This document shows, piece by piece, positions 51,541 to 64,000 of a stretch of 64,000 bases of DNA (positions are counted from its first letter, which is position 1; the number at the start of each line of letters is the position of its first letter). This stretch comes from Octopus sinensis (taxonomy: Eukaryota). The stretch is from NCBI RefSeq assembly GCF_006345805.1, contig NC_043017.1, forward strand, positions 30,566,001 through 30,630,000. Direction: 5' to 3'. The translations under genes were made by a program, and so were the position numbers. The notes beneath the pieces were generated by a model. The model saw only the letters and a program-made list of their open reading frames with translations. It was not told the origin of the DNA and searched no databases.

Positions 51541-53242
51541 TTAATTCAGGACAGTAATATTGATTTTATTTTGCACAAATTAATGGATCTTTAGTTGTTA
51601 TATATAAGGTACATGCTTTCATTTTACACTTGGGGTTATCCTTGATAGTTCGAGGCAATTATTTTTTGGTTATTTGGTTGTTTATAAATAGCCTTAAAAA
51701 GAAAGGACACAAGAAGCGCTTTTTTGTACAAAATGCTAATTTTCTGTATCTACGATGATATATCTGCTTAATTAAACTGTAAATGCATAAGATTTAAGCA
51801 AATTACGAAATGCCGCTACTAGCACGCACCTACGTCTATAAAGGTATACGCTTATGCACGAAAAATATTATATTTTAAGGGGAATGACTTTGACCAATGA
51901 ATTGATAGTGTAAGAGAGAAAAATATGAGAGATATATTTCTCCGTCTGTTACTTGTAAAACATAGAGTTCCTCAACCAGAATTATAGACGAGACACTGGA
52001 CACCAAAATAACGCGCTAAGGAATCGAATCTTTTGAGCCAGCAGTCATAGTAAAAGTTTTTCACCCTTTGCTGACACAACAGCGACCAGTATTTTTTGCG
52101 TCAAAGTATGCTTGGATGTCTTAAGAAGAAACGTGCAAATAATAATTTCAACTGTCGTTGTACATGGCGCAAACAACGATTTATTTTTATCGATACATAC
52201 CCTCGTTTTTTAATCAGTATGGTTATATCATATTGATCAACAGTGTGTGAAACAAACCAATGTCCTCGTGTTGCATTTCAGTCACTGTGATGGATTTCGG
52301 GCCTCGACGCATATCGCAAGGAGAGGATGAGTTACATGTATCTTGATTTTAACAGATAACCGTCTCGCGTCATCAAATGTGTATTCTCGAAACTTGCACA
52401 GGCTGAGATAATGAAGAATAAAGTGCTTTATTCAGACACCTAATCAAACACTTTTATACTATTTTTATGCAACATGTAATAACATTTTACGCACCTTCCC
52501 ATTGATATCAACTCTGAAATTTACGATTAGTGTTGTTGTATAATAACGCTAGAAATATCAGCAAGCCTACGTTTGGTATTAATGGTAGCATAAAATAACG
52601 ATGAGAAAAAGAAGGAAATTAATTCTGCGGGGCACCGTTACTGATTTGTGACAGGGGCTGTTTAGGGGGAAGGAAAATAAGTGAGAAATCATTGTGTCAA
52701 TATTGAGGAGGAAAGGCGGGTAAGAGGATATTAAGATTATTGAGATCGAATTTATGAGTTTGCTTTATATGCTTTTGGATATCATAAATCATTGGACGGA
52801 ATATAATGCCAAGTAGCTTTTGGATGACCTCAATATCAAACCGTATCATGGATTATTTATTGTGGCAATATAAAATACCTGAAGGCCTTCAATGTTTGTT
52901 ATGTCCTCTTTGATATTGATAAATGCGCATCATAAAGAAATGCTATATCATTATTTCTAAGACTATTGAACAAAACATGCCGTGTCAACGGAAGTACAGC
53001 AGCTTGACAAATTTTAGCATTTCATTTAAATAGGAAAATTTCAGCGAGGACATTTTTATAATTTTGTATCACCATTTGCTTTCGCCAAAATATTTCAGGT
53101 CTTTAAACTGTCGCGTTTTCCATTTGACAATGGAATCCATAGTTAGAGAATAGAAAACAGATGTTACACGGGCTATGCTTTACTGGAAAGCAATACTCTC
53201 GTATTGCATTACTATTTGTATATATATATATATATATATATA

Positions 53243-53653
53243 TCTTTTGTCTCTCTTTTACTTGTTTCAGTCATTTGACTGCGGCCATGCTGGGGCATCG
53301 CCTTTAGTCGAGCAAATCGACCCCGGGACTTATTCTTTGTAAGCCCAGTACTTATTCTATCTGTCTCTTTTGCCGAACCGCTAGATGACGGGGACGTAAA
53401 CACACCAGCATCGGTTGTCAAGCAATGCTAGGGGGACAAACACAGACACACAAACACACACATAATATATATATATATATATACGAATATACGATAGGCT
53501 TCTTTCAGTTTCCGTCTACCAAATCCACTCATAGGCATTGGTCGGCCCGGAGCCATAGCAGAAGACACTTTCCAAAGATGCCACGCTGTGGGACTGAACC
53601 CGGAATCATGTGGCTGGTTAGCAAGCTACTTACCACACAGCCACTCCTCACCT
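53243..53653 (-). mobile_element. SINE family A, full length
   Basis: Family A motifs throughout. Confidence 0.9.
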
Positions 53654-53894
53654 ATGTTTGAATTTATTTTAGAGATATGTATGTGTGTGTAAGGATACTG
53701 AAGTCGCCGGTTGTATGAAAAGAAATCTGTAGAAACGTTGTGCAGAAAAAACATTGAACGTGTGGGCAGATAATACAATTCATTAAGTTGTGATTAAAAA
53801 TATAGAAATGTAATTAAATGTTCATTTACTATAACTACAAAATTTTCTGAAGAAACGCATGTTATTATGTACTTATGAGAAATCGGTAACAAAA

Positions 53895-54100
53895 CAGAAA
53901 TTTTAGCACGCCGGACAAAAAGCTTAGTGGTATTTCGACCGTCTTTACATTCTGACATCAAATTCGCCTGTGGCTGACTATCCTTTCCATCCTTTCGGAG
54001 TCGATAAAGTAAGTGTCTGTCGAGCACTCGGGTTCGTGTAATCAACTTACAGCCTCATCCGCAATTCCTAGCGCTGTACCAACATTTAAAATGAATCTGC
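53895..54100 (+). mobile_element. SINE family C, diverged
   Basis: TTAGCACGCCGGAC...CCATCCTTTCGGAGTCGATAAA. Confidence 0.65.
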
Positions 54101-54976
54101 GCCGATGCATATGGAAAACTGTTGACATAATGTAACATGGTATAAAATATTTAACATATATTAACGGGGACTGTAGTTAGGTACATCGCGAAATTCTCCA
54201 ACATTGAACTGAGAAAATAGACTTTCGCTTCCTGCTACTTGCGTAACATCCTATCGCTGCGAGTTCGATATAATGCCATAACACCAAAGATCATAATCAA
54301 CATTGTTAGCAAAAGTGAGAAAAGACCCACTTTATTTCTGTAAGTTAAAATTTCCACATATACAAATTTCCGCATTCCAGTTAAAATTTCCTCATATCAT
54401 ACCTTCTCATGCTTTCGTTATAAAATTTGACAATAAAAAATGATAGTTGATAACGTAGTCAAAGATATGTTAATGTCAGGACAATTATGAGACAGTTATT
54501 GTGGAAAGGCGTATGAATAGAAAAGAACTATGATCAGAGCAGTTGTACAAATAAACTACAAATGAGGACCCACAACAATTTTACAGTGTACTGACTGTGA
54601 AATTATGTCGACTTCGTACAACAGGCCACGAATCACAAACAGACCCATCATTAAAGAGGGCAAAAAAGACTGCGAATTATCTAGCTACTGTTGTCTAAAG
54701 GAAAACAAAAACTTTGCTACCTTACTTTGCTAATGCATAATTATTATTATTGCGATGTAAGATATTTCACGTGTTCTCAAACAATTCAAATACCAACAGG
54801 CCGTTGAGGGTTTGGCGTGTGCTAAATACGAAACAATCAAACTATTTATGCAAAGCCAAACACAAACATATATGTACAAAGATACAAGATGCATCTATCT
54901 ATCTGTCTGTTTCTTTGACTGTGTGTGTGTCTGTTTATCTATCTATGTATGCATACATATATATGTGTATATACAT

Positions 54977-55020
<44 letters not shown>

Positions 55021-55286
55021 GACAGGCATCCATCAGTTTCCGTTTAAAAGAAACACTTGTCCGAAGTGGCACACATTGGGACTGATACATATAGATATAA
55101 TTATATACATACAGAGAATTACACTTGTGTATATAAATCTGTATTTATGTGTATCTGTGAATATATCAATACATACTTATGCATTTGTGTATGCATATAT
55201 CGTTCCATATAATACGTTAGTATGCGAAGCATAAATAATGTTATATATATAATGTTATATATATAGACAAGTACCATATATATATA

Positions 55287-55336
<50 letters not shown>

Positions 55337-55346
55337 AAATATATAT

Positions 55347-55395
<49 letters not shown>

Positions 55396-55939
55396 GTATA
55401 TATATATATATATATTATATATTATATATATTATATATTATATATATATGTATATATGTATGTATGTATTTACGAAGTCTCCAGATAATGTAACGCGAGG
55501 GAAATAAATAAAAATACAACGAAAAACAAGTAAGAACGGTGTAGTGATGTTCTTGTTTTGACATTTCCAGTTTTCAGTTTACATGAACAAATATTTCCAT
55601 TGCTCAGAAAATGCAATTACAGTTGTTATTATGAAATGATATTTAAAGCAACGAAGTGTTTTCTTTTTAATTTTGTTCTATTTTTGGAAACGGGGGAAAC
55701 AAAATGCTTAGGCTTGCAACATAAATGGAAGCCTGTACGGAATATTACAAAGACATTAACGATTTTCGAGAGCCATGCTATGAATAGAACGAGAAATAGA
55801 CGTGGCTGAGAGACAGATACAACATACGTATCCTTTAGCAATAAGCCACTTTTCTTTGCTTTATGTTGTTTTTTTTTACCATCCTTGCTACAATATCATA
55901 ACGTGAAATGAATTTGTCTTCACTGATGCAAATACGTTC

Positions 55940-56283
55940 GATGACTGTATGTCAAAGCCATTGTGAACTTATATACTTGTATATGTACATAAACTTACAC
56001 ACTCACACACACACACACACACGCACACATATATATATATATACATATATAAATTTACATACATATGTGCATATATATCTATCAATATATATATATGTAT
56101 TTATGTATATATATATGTGCGTATATATATATATATGTATATGTATATATATTTATATATATTTATTTATATATATATACATATATGTATAAGTATATGT
56201 ATGGAAATATATGTATATACATGTATATATATGTATATACATGTATATATATATGTATATACATATATATATATGTATATATG

Positions 56284-56326
<43 letters not shown>

Positions 56327-56423
56327 TATACATATATATACACATATGCATTCTCATATATATAATATGTATATACGTATTAGGTGAACACTTCCTTAGA
56401 CATTAAGTGTAATATTTTGTCAC

Positions 56424-56462
<39 letters not shown>

Positions 56463-56480
56463 TATACATATATATATATA
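55940..56480. repeat. (TA)/(CA) microsatellite
   Basis: Directly visible. Confidence 0.95.
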
Positions 56481-57012
56481 TATTGCCTTTCTTTAATAAG
56501 TTCGGTCCCGCCATTATTCTTTTACTTCATAATTCTCCTGTATTTTTTTATACCGATATTCTGATTGAAGTATAAATAATTAACTCCTTTCCCTCTAAAT
56601 GGTAAAATGATCGATCTCATCTCGTATATTAAAATAACAGTATGTTACAAATTAGAGTAATATTTTAAGAACGTGCATAAGTCAAATGGCTGTGGAAGGT
56701 CATTTAACCTCTGGAAGAAAATATTAATGGAAGTAAAGACGTACGGAATAGATTCAAAGTGAACGACGGAAAAAGAGGGATGACATAGTCGGAGTGACGG
56801 TGAGAGTATTTGAAAACGATAGTTGGATGCAGTAGCGGTGTTACCAGAAATGGACAGTTACGTGTTGAAAGATCTGCAGGAGGGATATAGCAGTGCAATA
56901 TCAAAGATTTAGAAAAGAAAAGGACAAGGTGAATGGTCACAGCGTTATAGGAATAGGTTAAGCCTTATACGAATGTATGTTACTGTTTTTCTTTAACAGT
57001 AATGGTTTCAAG

Positions 57013-57220
57013 AATGCGGCAAGCAGCCAGAATCACTAATACGCCGGTCATGAGGCTCAGCAGCGTTTCGTCCGTCTTTACGTTCTGAGTTAAAAAGCCA
57101 CCGATGCTGAGTTTGCTTTTCATCCTTTCGGGGTTTATAAAAGAGTTTGTTGTTGAGTTGTGGGGTTGATGTAATCGATCATCCACTACCTCCAAAACTG
57201 TTGATTCAAACAATAATAAA
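57013..57220 (+). mobile_element. SINE family C, diverged
   Basis: TTTCGTCCGTCTTTACGTTCTGAGTT...GCTTTTCATCCTTTCGGGG. Confidence 0.65.
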
Positions 57221-57252
57221 TCTCTGAACGAGGTATAAACAGTAACTGCACG

Positions 57253-57560
57253 ACAATGTGAGGTATATTTGCCATCTCAATATTGCTAACCACTAATGGT
57301 GGGTGTTACTGTAGCTTGTAGCCCCAGGAGAACATCACCCCCAGCTGGCTACATGCACGCTTTCTGTGCCCTATCGGTATTTTATTGTTTGCTCCTAAAA
57401 TTTTATATGGGAAGGATGACATCCCTTTGCCAATACCGATAGGGCACAGAAAGTGTGCCTGTAGCCAGCTGGAGGCGATGGTCTTCTGGGGCTACAAGCT
57501 ACATTAACACCCACTCTTAGTGGTTAGCCATATTGAGATGGCAAATATACCTCACATTGT
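57253..57560. repeat. Fold-back/MITE-like palindrome, 129-bp arms, 50-bp spacer
   Basis: 57253-57381 is the imperfect reverse complement of 57432-57560. Confidence 0.9.
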
Positions 57561-57640
57561 TGATTCAAAATTCTACCAAAATTTGAAAATAACTTTGGCA
57601 TCGAGAGTTAGACAAATGCTAATTATAATAAGGGATTTTT

Positions 57641-57850
57641 GAAGGCGGTGATCACACAGAATCATTAACATGCCGAACAAAATGCGTAGCAATATTTCGT
57701 CCGTCTTCACGTTCTAGGTTTAAATTTGGGCCATATAGACTTCTTTGTTCATCATTTTGGAGTCGATAAACTATGTAGCAGATAAGCAGTGGGTCGATGT
57801 AATCGACTTAAGCATCCCTTACTTCCCACCAAAATTTGGAACCGATATTA
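57641..57850 (+). mobile_element. SINE family C, diverged
   Basis: GAAGGCGG head and TCATCATTTTGGAGTCGATAAA core. Confidence 0.65.
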
Positions 57851-58339
57851 ATGGATTTAAATCAGGTAAAATGTCACAAGCTTAATGCAAATTATTATGA
57901 ACGAAATCTAATTGAATATATAATGGGCACGTACACACGAACACCTTTGCAAGACGTTGGAGGCACATCAAAGAACACCAAGTCTTCATCAGTGGTACTT
58001 GAACACTTAACGTAAGTTTACGATATATTTACGAAGCGCAAAGGAAGACATTCTCTCCGACGCACATTCGATTAAACTAATAAAAAAAAACAAATATAAA
58101 ACGAAGCATATTACATGAAACTAAAAGCTTTGGAGCAAAAATACTCCTGACTCGAACATATATTCATGCATATAAAATTTTAGGAGCAAACAATAAAAGC
58201 GAACGAAAAAAATTACGAGCGAAATGGCGTTCAGTATCATTTTATTACATTCAGGATATTAGATGTGCATTCAAGTCTCCAGGTTAAATTTTATTTTAAA
58301 TATTAAAAAATATATCATGGTATCAAACAGAAGATAAAA

Positions 58340-58346
58340 CTACTAC

Positions 58347-58385
<39 letters not shown>

Positions 58386-58397
58386 TGTGTGTGTGTA

Positions 58398-58442
<45 letters not shown>

Positions 58443-58464
58443 TATATATATATACACATACATA

Positions 58465-58495
<31 letters not shown>

Positions 58496-58507
58496 GTATA
58501 CATATAC

Positions 58508-58548
<41 letters not shown>

Positions 58549-58740
58549 CATGTATGTATATATCTATATACATATGTATATATACACATGCATATATATA
58601 TATATACTTATATATACATACAAATTACACATACACACACGCACGCATGCATATATATATATAGTTATATGCTCGTGTATGTTCGAGTGTATGCACACAT
58701 GCATATAACTAGGTGTATGTATGTGTGTGCGTGTCTGTTT
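58340..58740. repeat. (TA)/(TG) microsatellite
   Basis: Directly visible. Confidence 0.95.
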
Positions 58741-58969
58741 AAATCTGTGTCTATGTGCATATGGTGTGTGTTTGCGATTACGAGTGGAAATTGAGAGAAA
58801 CATACGTAAAGAGGGTGAGAGATTGGAAGAAAGAGTGCAGAACGGAATATATTTTTTTCTTTTATATAAATCAAATTAAATTTATTATTAAAACTAATTC
58901 AATGTATTCGATATTGCATGTGTATTTTTCAAGTAATATCGCAGTCTTGATATATCATGTAAGTTTTTT

Positions 58970-59610
58970 ATACATTATTATCATCATCAATGCTTTCAAC
59001 ATCACTATCATCATCATCATCTCCATCATTATCGTGGTCGCCGCCATCGTCGTCGGCATCATCATCATCAGCAACATCATCATCATCACCAACGTATTCG
59101 TCGTCATCACATCCATATAAAACATTATATTCTCTACCATGATAAACGCCGTCACCGATATCATCGATGCCGTCCGTCATCCACCACCATATTGATCTCA
59201 TTCCTCTACACCTCCACCACCACCACCACCAGCAGCACCATCACCACCACCGCCACCACCACCACCACACCACACCACCACCACCACCACCACCACCACC
59301 ACCACCACCACCACCACCACCATCACCAGCACCAGCACCAGCACCAGCATCACCATCACCACCACCATCTCCACCACCACCTTCAACACCACCACCACCA
59401 CCACCACCACCACCACTACCATCACCACAACCACCACGACCACCACGACCACCAACATCACCACCACCAGCACCATCACCACCACCACCGCCACCACCCT
59501 CAGCGCCACCTCCACCACCACCACCACCACCACCACACCACCATCACCACCACCACCACCGCCACCACCCTCAGCACCAGAACCACCACCATCATCAGCA
59601 GCAGCCTCAT
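58970..59610. repeat. Compound (CAT)/(CAC)/(CAG)n trinucleotide tract
   Basis: Directly visible; source of the poly-Pro, poly-His and poly-Val ORFs. Confidence 0.95.
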
Positions 59611-59739
59611 CATATTCAACTCAGTCATCTTAAACAAATGCATATTTTTCCCTGCGTTTTTTTCCAATTTCTTTCCCTGTACCACGTAAAGACTTTGGCG
59701 TAGCATTAAATGCAATAATGGAAACGCACGTACGTATAC

Positions 59740-59926
59740 TCTCTGTCTCACCCCATGCACTCACACACACTTACACACACTCACACATACATACACTCAC
59801 ACACTCACACACAAGCATACAGATACACGCTGATAAATATAAATGCATTATAAAAATAAATCCATATATATTCTCTCTCTATATATATATTTATGTAACG
59901 TATTATATATATATATGTATATATAC

Positions 59927-59993
<67 letters not shown>

Positions 59994-59997
59994 CATA

Positions 59998-60033
<36 letters not shown>

Positions 60034-60097
60034 CATGCATACATACATTCGCATAAAGATATGCATATATAATTGCATGTAAATGAGTATGCATTAT

Positions 60098-60148
<51 letters not shown>

Positions 60149-60200
60149 GTGTGTATGTATAGGCTTGTATGCATGTATAGAGATGGATACATCCATGGAT
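59740..60200. repeat. (CA)/(TA) microsatellite
   Basis: Directly visible. Confidence 0.95.
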
Positions 60201-61076
60201 GTCTATATATGTGGAAAAACTTCTGAATATAGAGGCCAAATATAAATACTTTGCATATACTTACAGACAATCACTCACACACATACGCAGGCGCACACAC
60301 AAAACCATGTGTGTATGCGTGTGTGACATGTGTGTGTTTGTGTGTGAGTGTGTGTGTATTGCATGTATGTACCTATGTATATGTGCATTTGTTGACATTA
60401 TATATGCGCATCGTTCTGCACATCTCTGCTCGAATTATTTGCATTTGTGCCTGTATATGGTATGGAGGTTTCAAGATACAATGTCTAAAGAAATGTTTCC
60501 CCAATAAATCCTGTTCACCATTGCCTCACCAATAAAGCTGTGTTCATATCTGAAAGTTATCAATCTCGGAATCGGTTTTTTTTTTGTTTTTTTTTAAGGG
60601 AATTTAAAAGTCATCTTGTGAAAAGAAATGCCTAGTCTTAGACATAAAACTGGTAATTCCATCTTTTTTTCCATTTATTTTTCAATTTTAATTATCTGTT
60701 TCTTTTAGCAAAATATTCCCCATTCCAGAAAGAATTCTGTTGAGTTTGGTACGAGGTGAGTATATACAGGTAAGAAAATAGGATTTCTTGACTATTGTAC
60801 ATTTTCCCTGTTTATGAGAAATGCGATACGTATTTAATTGGTGAATGTAAACTTGGACTTCCAAGAGATCTAACTGTGCATCAAAGTTACGATTCAGAAA
60901 TATTTAAGCAGCCGTAGTACCAACAAGCCTCAGCAGGCAAATCTCACGTCTGAAATACATAAGGAAAAATTAATTTGAGTTTCGTAATCCAAGTGTCTAA
61001 ACAATAAGAGTTGTTGACATGAGCATAAAGAACAGAAACTTAATACCTTACGTTTTAAAAAATGTAATCGTTAAGT

Positions 61077-61330
61077 TACTCTTTTATTCATTTATTTGTT
61101 TCAGTCATTTGACTGTGGCCATGCTGGAGCACCGCCTTTAGTCGAGGAAATCGACCCCCAGGACTTATTCTTTGTAAGCCTAGTACTTATTCTATTGGTG
61201 TCTTTTGCTGAACCACTAAGTAAATATGTAAATATACCAGCATTGGTTGGCAAGCGATATAAAGGAGGGTATATATATATACGACAGTCTTCTTTCAGTT
61301 TCCGTCGAACAAATCCACTCACAAGGTTTT
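61077..61330 (-). mobile_element. SINE family A, 5'-truncated
   Basis: Family A tail and body ending at CCACTCACAAGGTTTT. Confidence 0.8.
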
Positions 61331-62739
61331 CTAATACTAATGGCTTTTTATTTAAACTGTGTAATTTTGTTTCATTGCGTGTACATATGTTTAACAATTA
61401 AAGCGAAGCATTATGATACAAACAATCATAGAAGGACATCAGTTGAGATATACAAATGATGAATAATATCGTGCGCGCTATATACAGAAATTTGAGGAGA
61501 GTGTGGGTTGAAAATAGTTAATATACATACGCAAAATGTATAGAAAAGCAATTAAACATTTTGCCACATTACTCTCCACGAATTCTGAATTTTCAGTATT
61601 GATCAGAGACATACAGTAGTTAATTATTATGAATTTGAGTTGTCATTATAATTCACCTCATACTGAATTTATAAGAATTCGTTTTGCTATGAATAAAATT
61701 TTCCCGAAAGAAATAGATTACTATTATTCAAAAATAGATATTAAAGAAATAGATGGTATTAACATCTTTATGTCAAATTGTAGGCATTTTCTTTTCACGA
61801 AATGACTTTTAAATTTCCTTCAATAAAAGAACACGAATTCAAAGATTGCTAAATTTCAGATGTGAGCACAACATTATTGGTGAGACAGTGATATAAAGGA
61901 ATCATTTACGAGAGATCTCTGTCTTGTTACTCTTTGTCAGAAAAGCATTATATAACAACCATATGAAAAGAAAATGACCTGAAAGCAGACACATATACGC
62001 ACATTATATACGCGTGCACCGACGTAGACACACACACATTTATAACGTAATAAAAGCATTTATTTTATGCAAATTAATTTATTATTTTTTGTATATTCTT
62101 TAAGCAGTTGCATGAGAGATGCTGTTTGAATTTTAGCTGTAGAAACAGGAAATTATGAAACACCATTGAAGATTTTGTTTGGTACTATTTAAGCATGGAT
62201 TTATTTTATGGAGTGTGTGTCTATGCGTCTGTGTTGGTATGTGCGTCTAGTCACGCGAATTTCTGTGTTTGTTGTGCGTGAGTCTGTACATTTTTGCGGT
62301 AGGCAGATTCTAAAAACATACATATATATAAAGCAAGATGGATTTAAAAAATAAAAATAAAAACAAGCCAAAACTATATGTAATAAGCAGAAAAAGAGAA
62401 ACAATTTTCTACTTATAGTGTAAATGTGAAATAAACTTGGTGTTCTATTTTGCAATTTTAATCTACACTGAACGGAGATACCTTTTCATAAATAGAAAAT
62501 GGATCGCTCTTCTGGTTTGCAACCACGCTACTTATGTTTAGTATTCGGAAAGGAAAGAAACAAAATAATTTCAAGATTATTTATTGATCACGAGCGCAGC
62601 TGCAGGCAGGCTTCAAGCAGAAGAGTTATTATGAAGGAGGAATACATGTGTAATACATAAAATAACAGGAAATACTTACGTGGTGCGTTTTTCCACTATG
62701 ATTACTATGTCGCTAGGTGTGTGTATTTTATTAATTTAT

Positions 62740-63150
<411 letters not shown>

Positions 63151-63709
63151 CCATGCAATGTAGATGTATAAATAAAGACACAGAGAAAGAGCGGGACATT
63201 GGTAAATTTGTGTATATGAATGCACACTGTAATGTAAATAATGGTGTATTTTCATAGAATTATGAAATTGTGTGGATACATACGCTTTATATATATATCT
63301 ACAAAATATTTATATAAAAATACGTACACACGTGATATATTAATATATCTATTGCTATCTATTATTTTTAGATGTTTTAGTCATTTAAATAAACCGCAAG
63401 AGAAATCTTCATGGTGGCGTGTTGCCGGGGCGTCGCCTTAAAGAATATTTCTTAGTCGGAAAGATCGAGTAGACTATTTATTTTATCAGTCTCTTTTTGC
63501 CGCACTGTTTGGTTATGGAAAAAAAAACTGTTGTCATGTGGTGGTCAGCGACAAATGCACTCACAACAGAGAGAGAGCGGGGTATGAGAGAGAGAGTGAG
63601 AGACAGAGGCATGCACACAGAAACACACATATTTATAGAGTCGTGCCTTTGTGTATATATGCATGTATCTCTTTCTCTCGCTCTCCCTCTCTCTCTGTAT
63701 ATGTATATA

Positions 63710-63895
63710 TATGCTCGAAATTCTCAGAAAAACAAAAGAAAGGGACAGGTAAACAAACAAGTGTATTTGTTTGACGTTCGGGAAAAATAAAAAAGTATTT
63801 TATAGTTCGAGCCTACGCTCTTCATCACAATGGAATAAGAGAAAATAAACAGAGAGAACGAAAATAATATTGTAAATTGCAGATGTCCATCATGG
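63710..63895 (-). mobile_element. Old copy of the 23.7-kb hammerhead-like element
   Basis: Minus strand GTGATGA-A-GAGC(GTAG)GCTC-GAA-CTATAAAA near 63797-63828. Confidence 0.5.
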
Positions 63896-64000
63896 TGTTT
63901 GATTTGAAAAAAGAAGAGGTTGACCAAATGTCTTCCCCATCATGCCTGTTTAAATTTGTCTGAGATTATCAAGTACTATAGGAACAAACGAAATATGTGA

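Noticed and set aside
56700-56940. Possible LINE relic (LWKKILMEVKTYGID)
   Set aside because: Only one weak RT-like word and no ordered motifs.
58955-59760. Poly-Pro, poly-His and poly-Val ORFs (extensin-like or His-rich protein)
   Set aside because: They are translations of a (CAC/CAT)n tract open in several frames on both strands, with no splice signals or unique domain.

Overview
Eukaryotic, AT-rich, repeat-dominated intronic or intergenic DNA. The repeat families look like those of Octopus (coleoid cephalopod); that is my recognition, not a database result. I recognise no host protein-coding gene, and almost all listed ORFs are microsatellite or SINE read-through artefacts. Supported content: (i) about 30 copies of several tRNA-derived SINE families, labelled here A, B, B', C and D. 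(ii) Non-LTR retrotransposon relics: a 5'-truncated R4/Dong-type LINE inside (TAA)n at 37.05-39.1 kb, an older R4-type RT at 28 kb, and two CR1-like RT relics at 24.6 and 45.7 kb. (iii) DNA transposon relics: a DD37D maT-type transposase, two mariner-type MITEs and a Helitron-like element. (iv) A possible solo LTR, a minisatellite and many microsatellites. (v) Most interesting: short elements carrying minimal type I hammerhead-ribozyme-like motifs of the Penelope-like-element/retrozyme kind. These include two fold-back palindromes with a hammerhead in each arm (one with intact cores, one with a G3-C8 swapped core in one arm), a probable tRNA-headed hammerhead element, and a family embedded in (TA)n tracts. 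All alignments and folds were done by eye, so SINE and relic boundaries are approximate.
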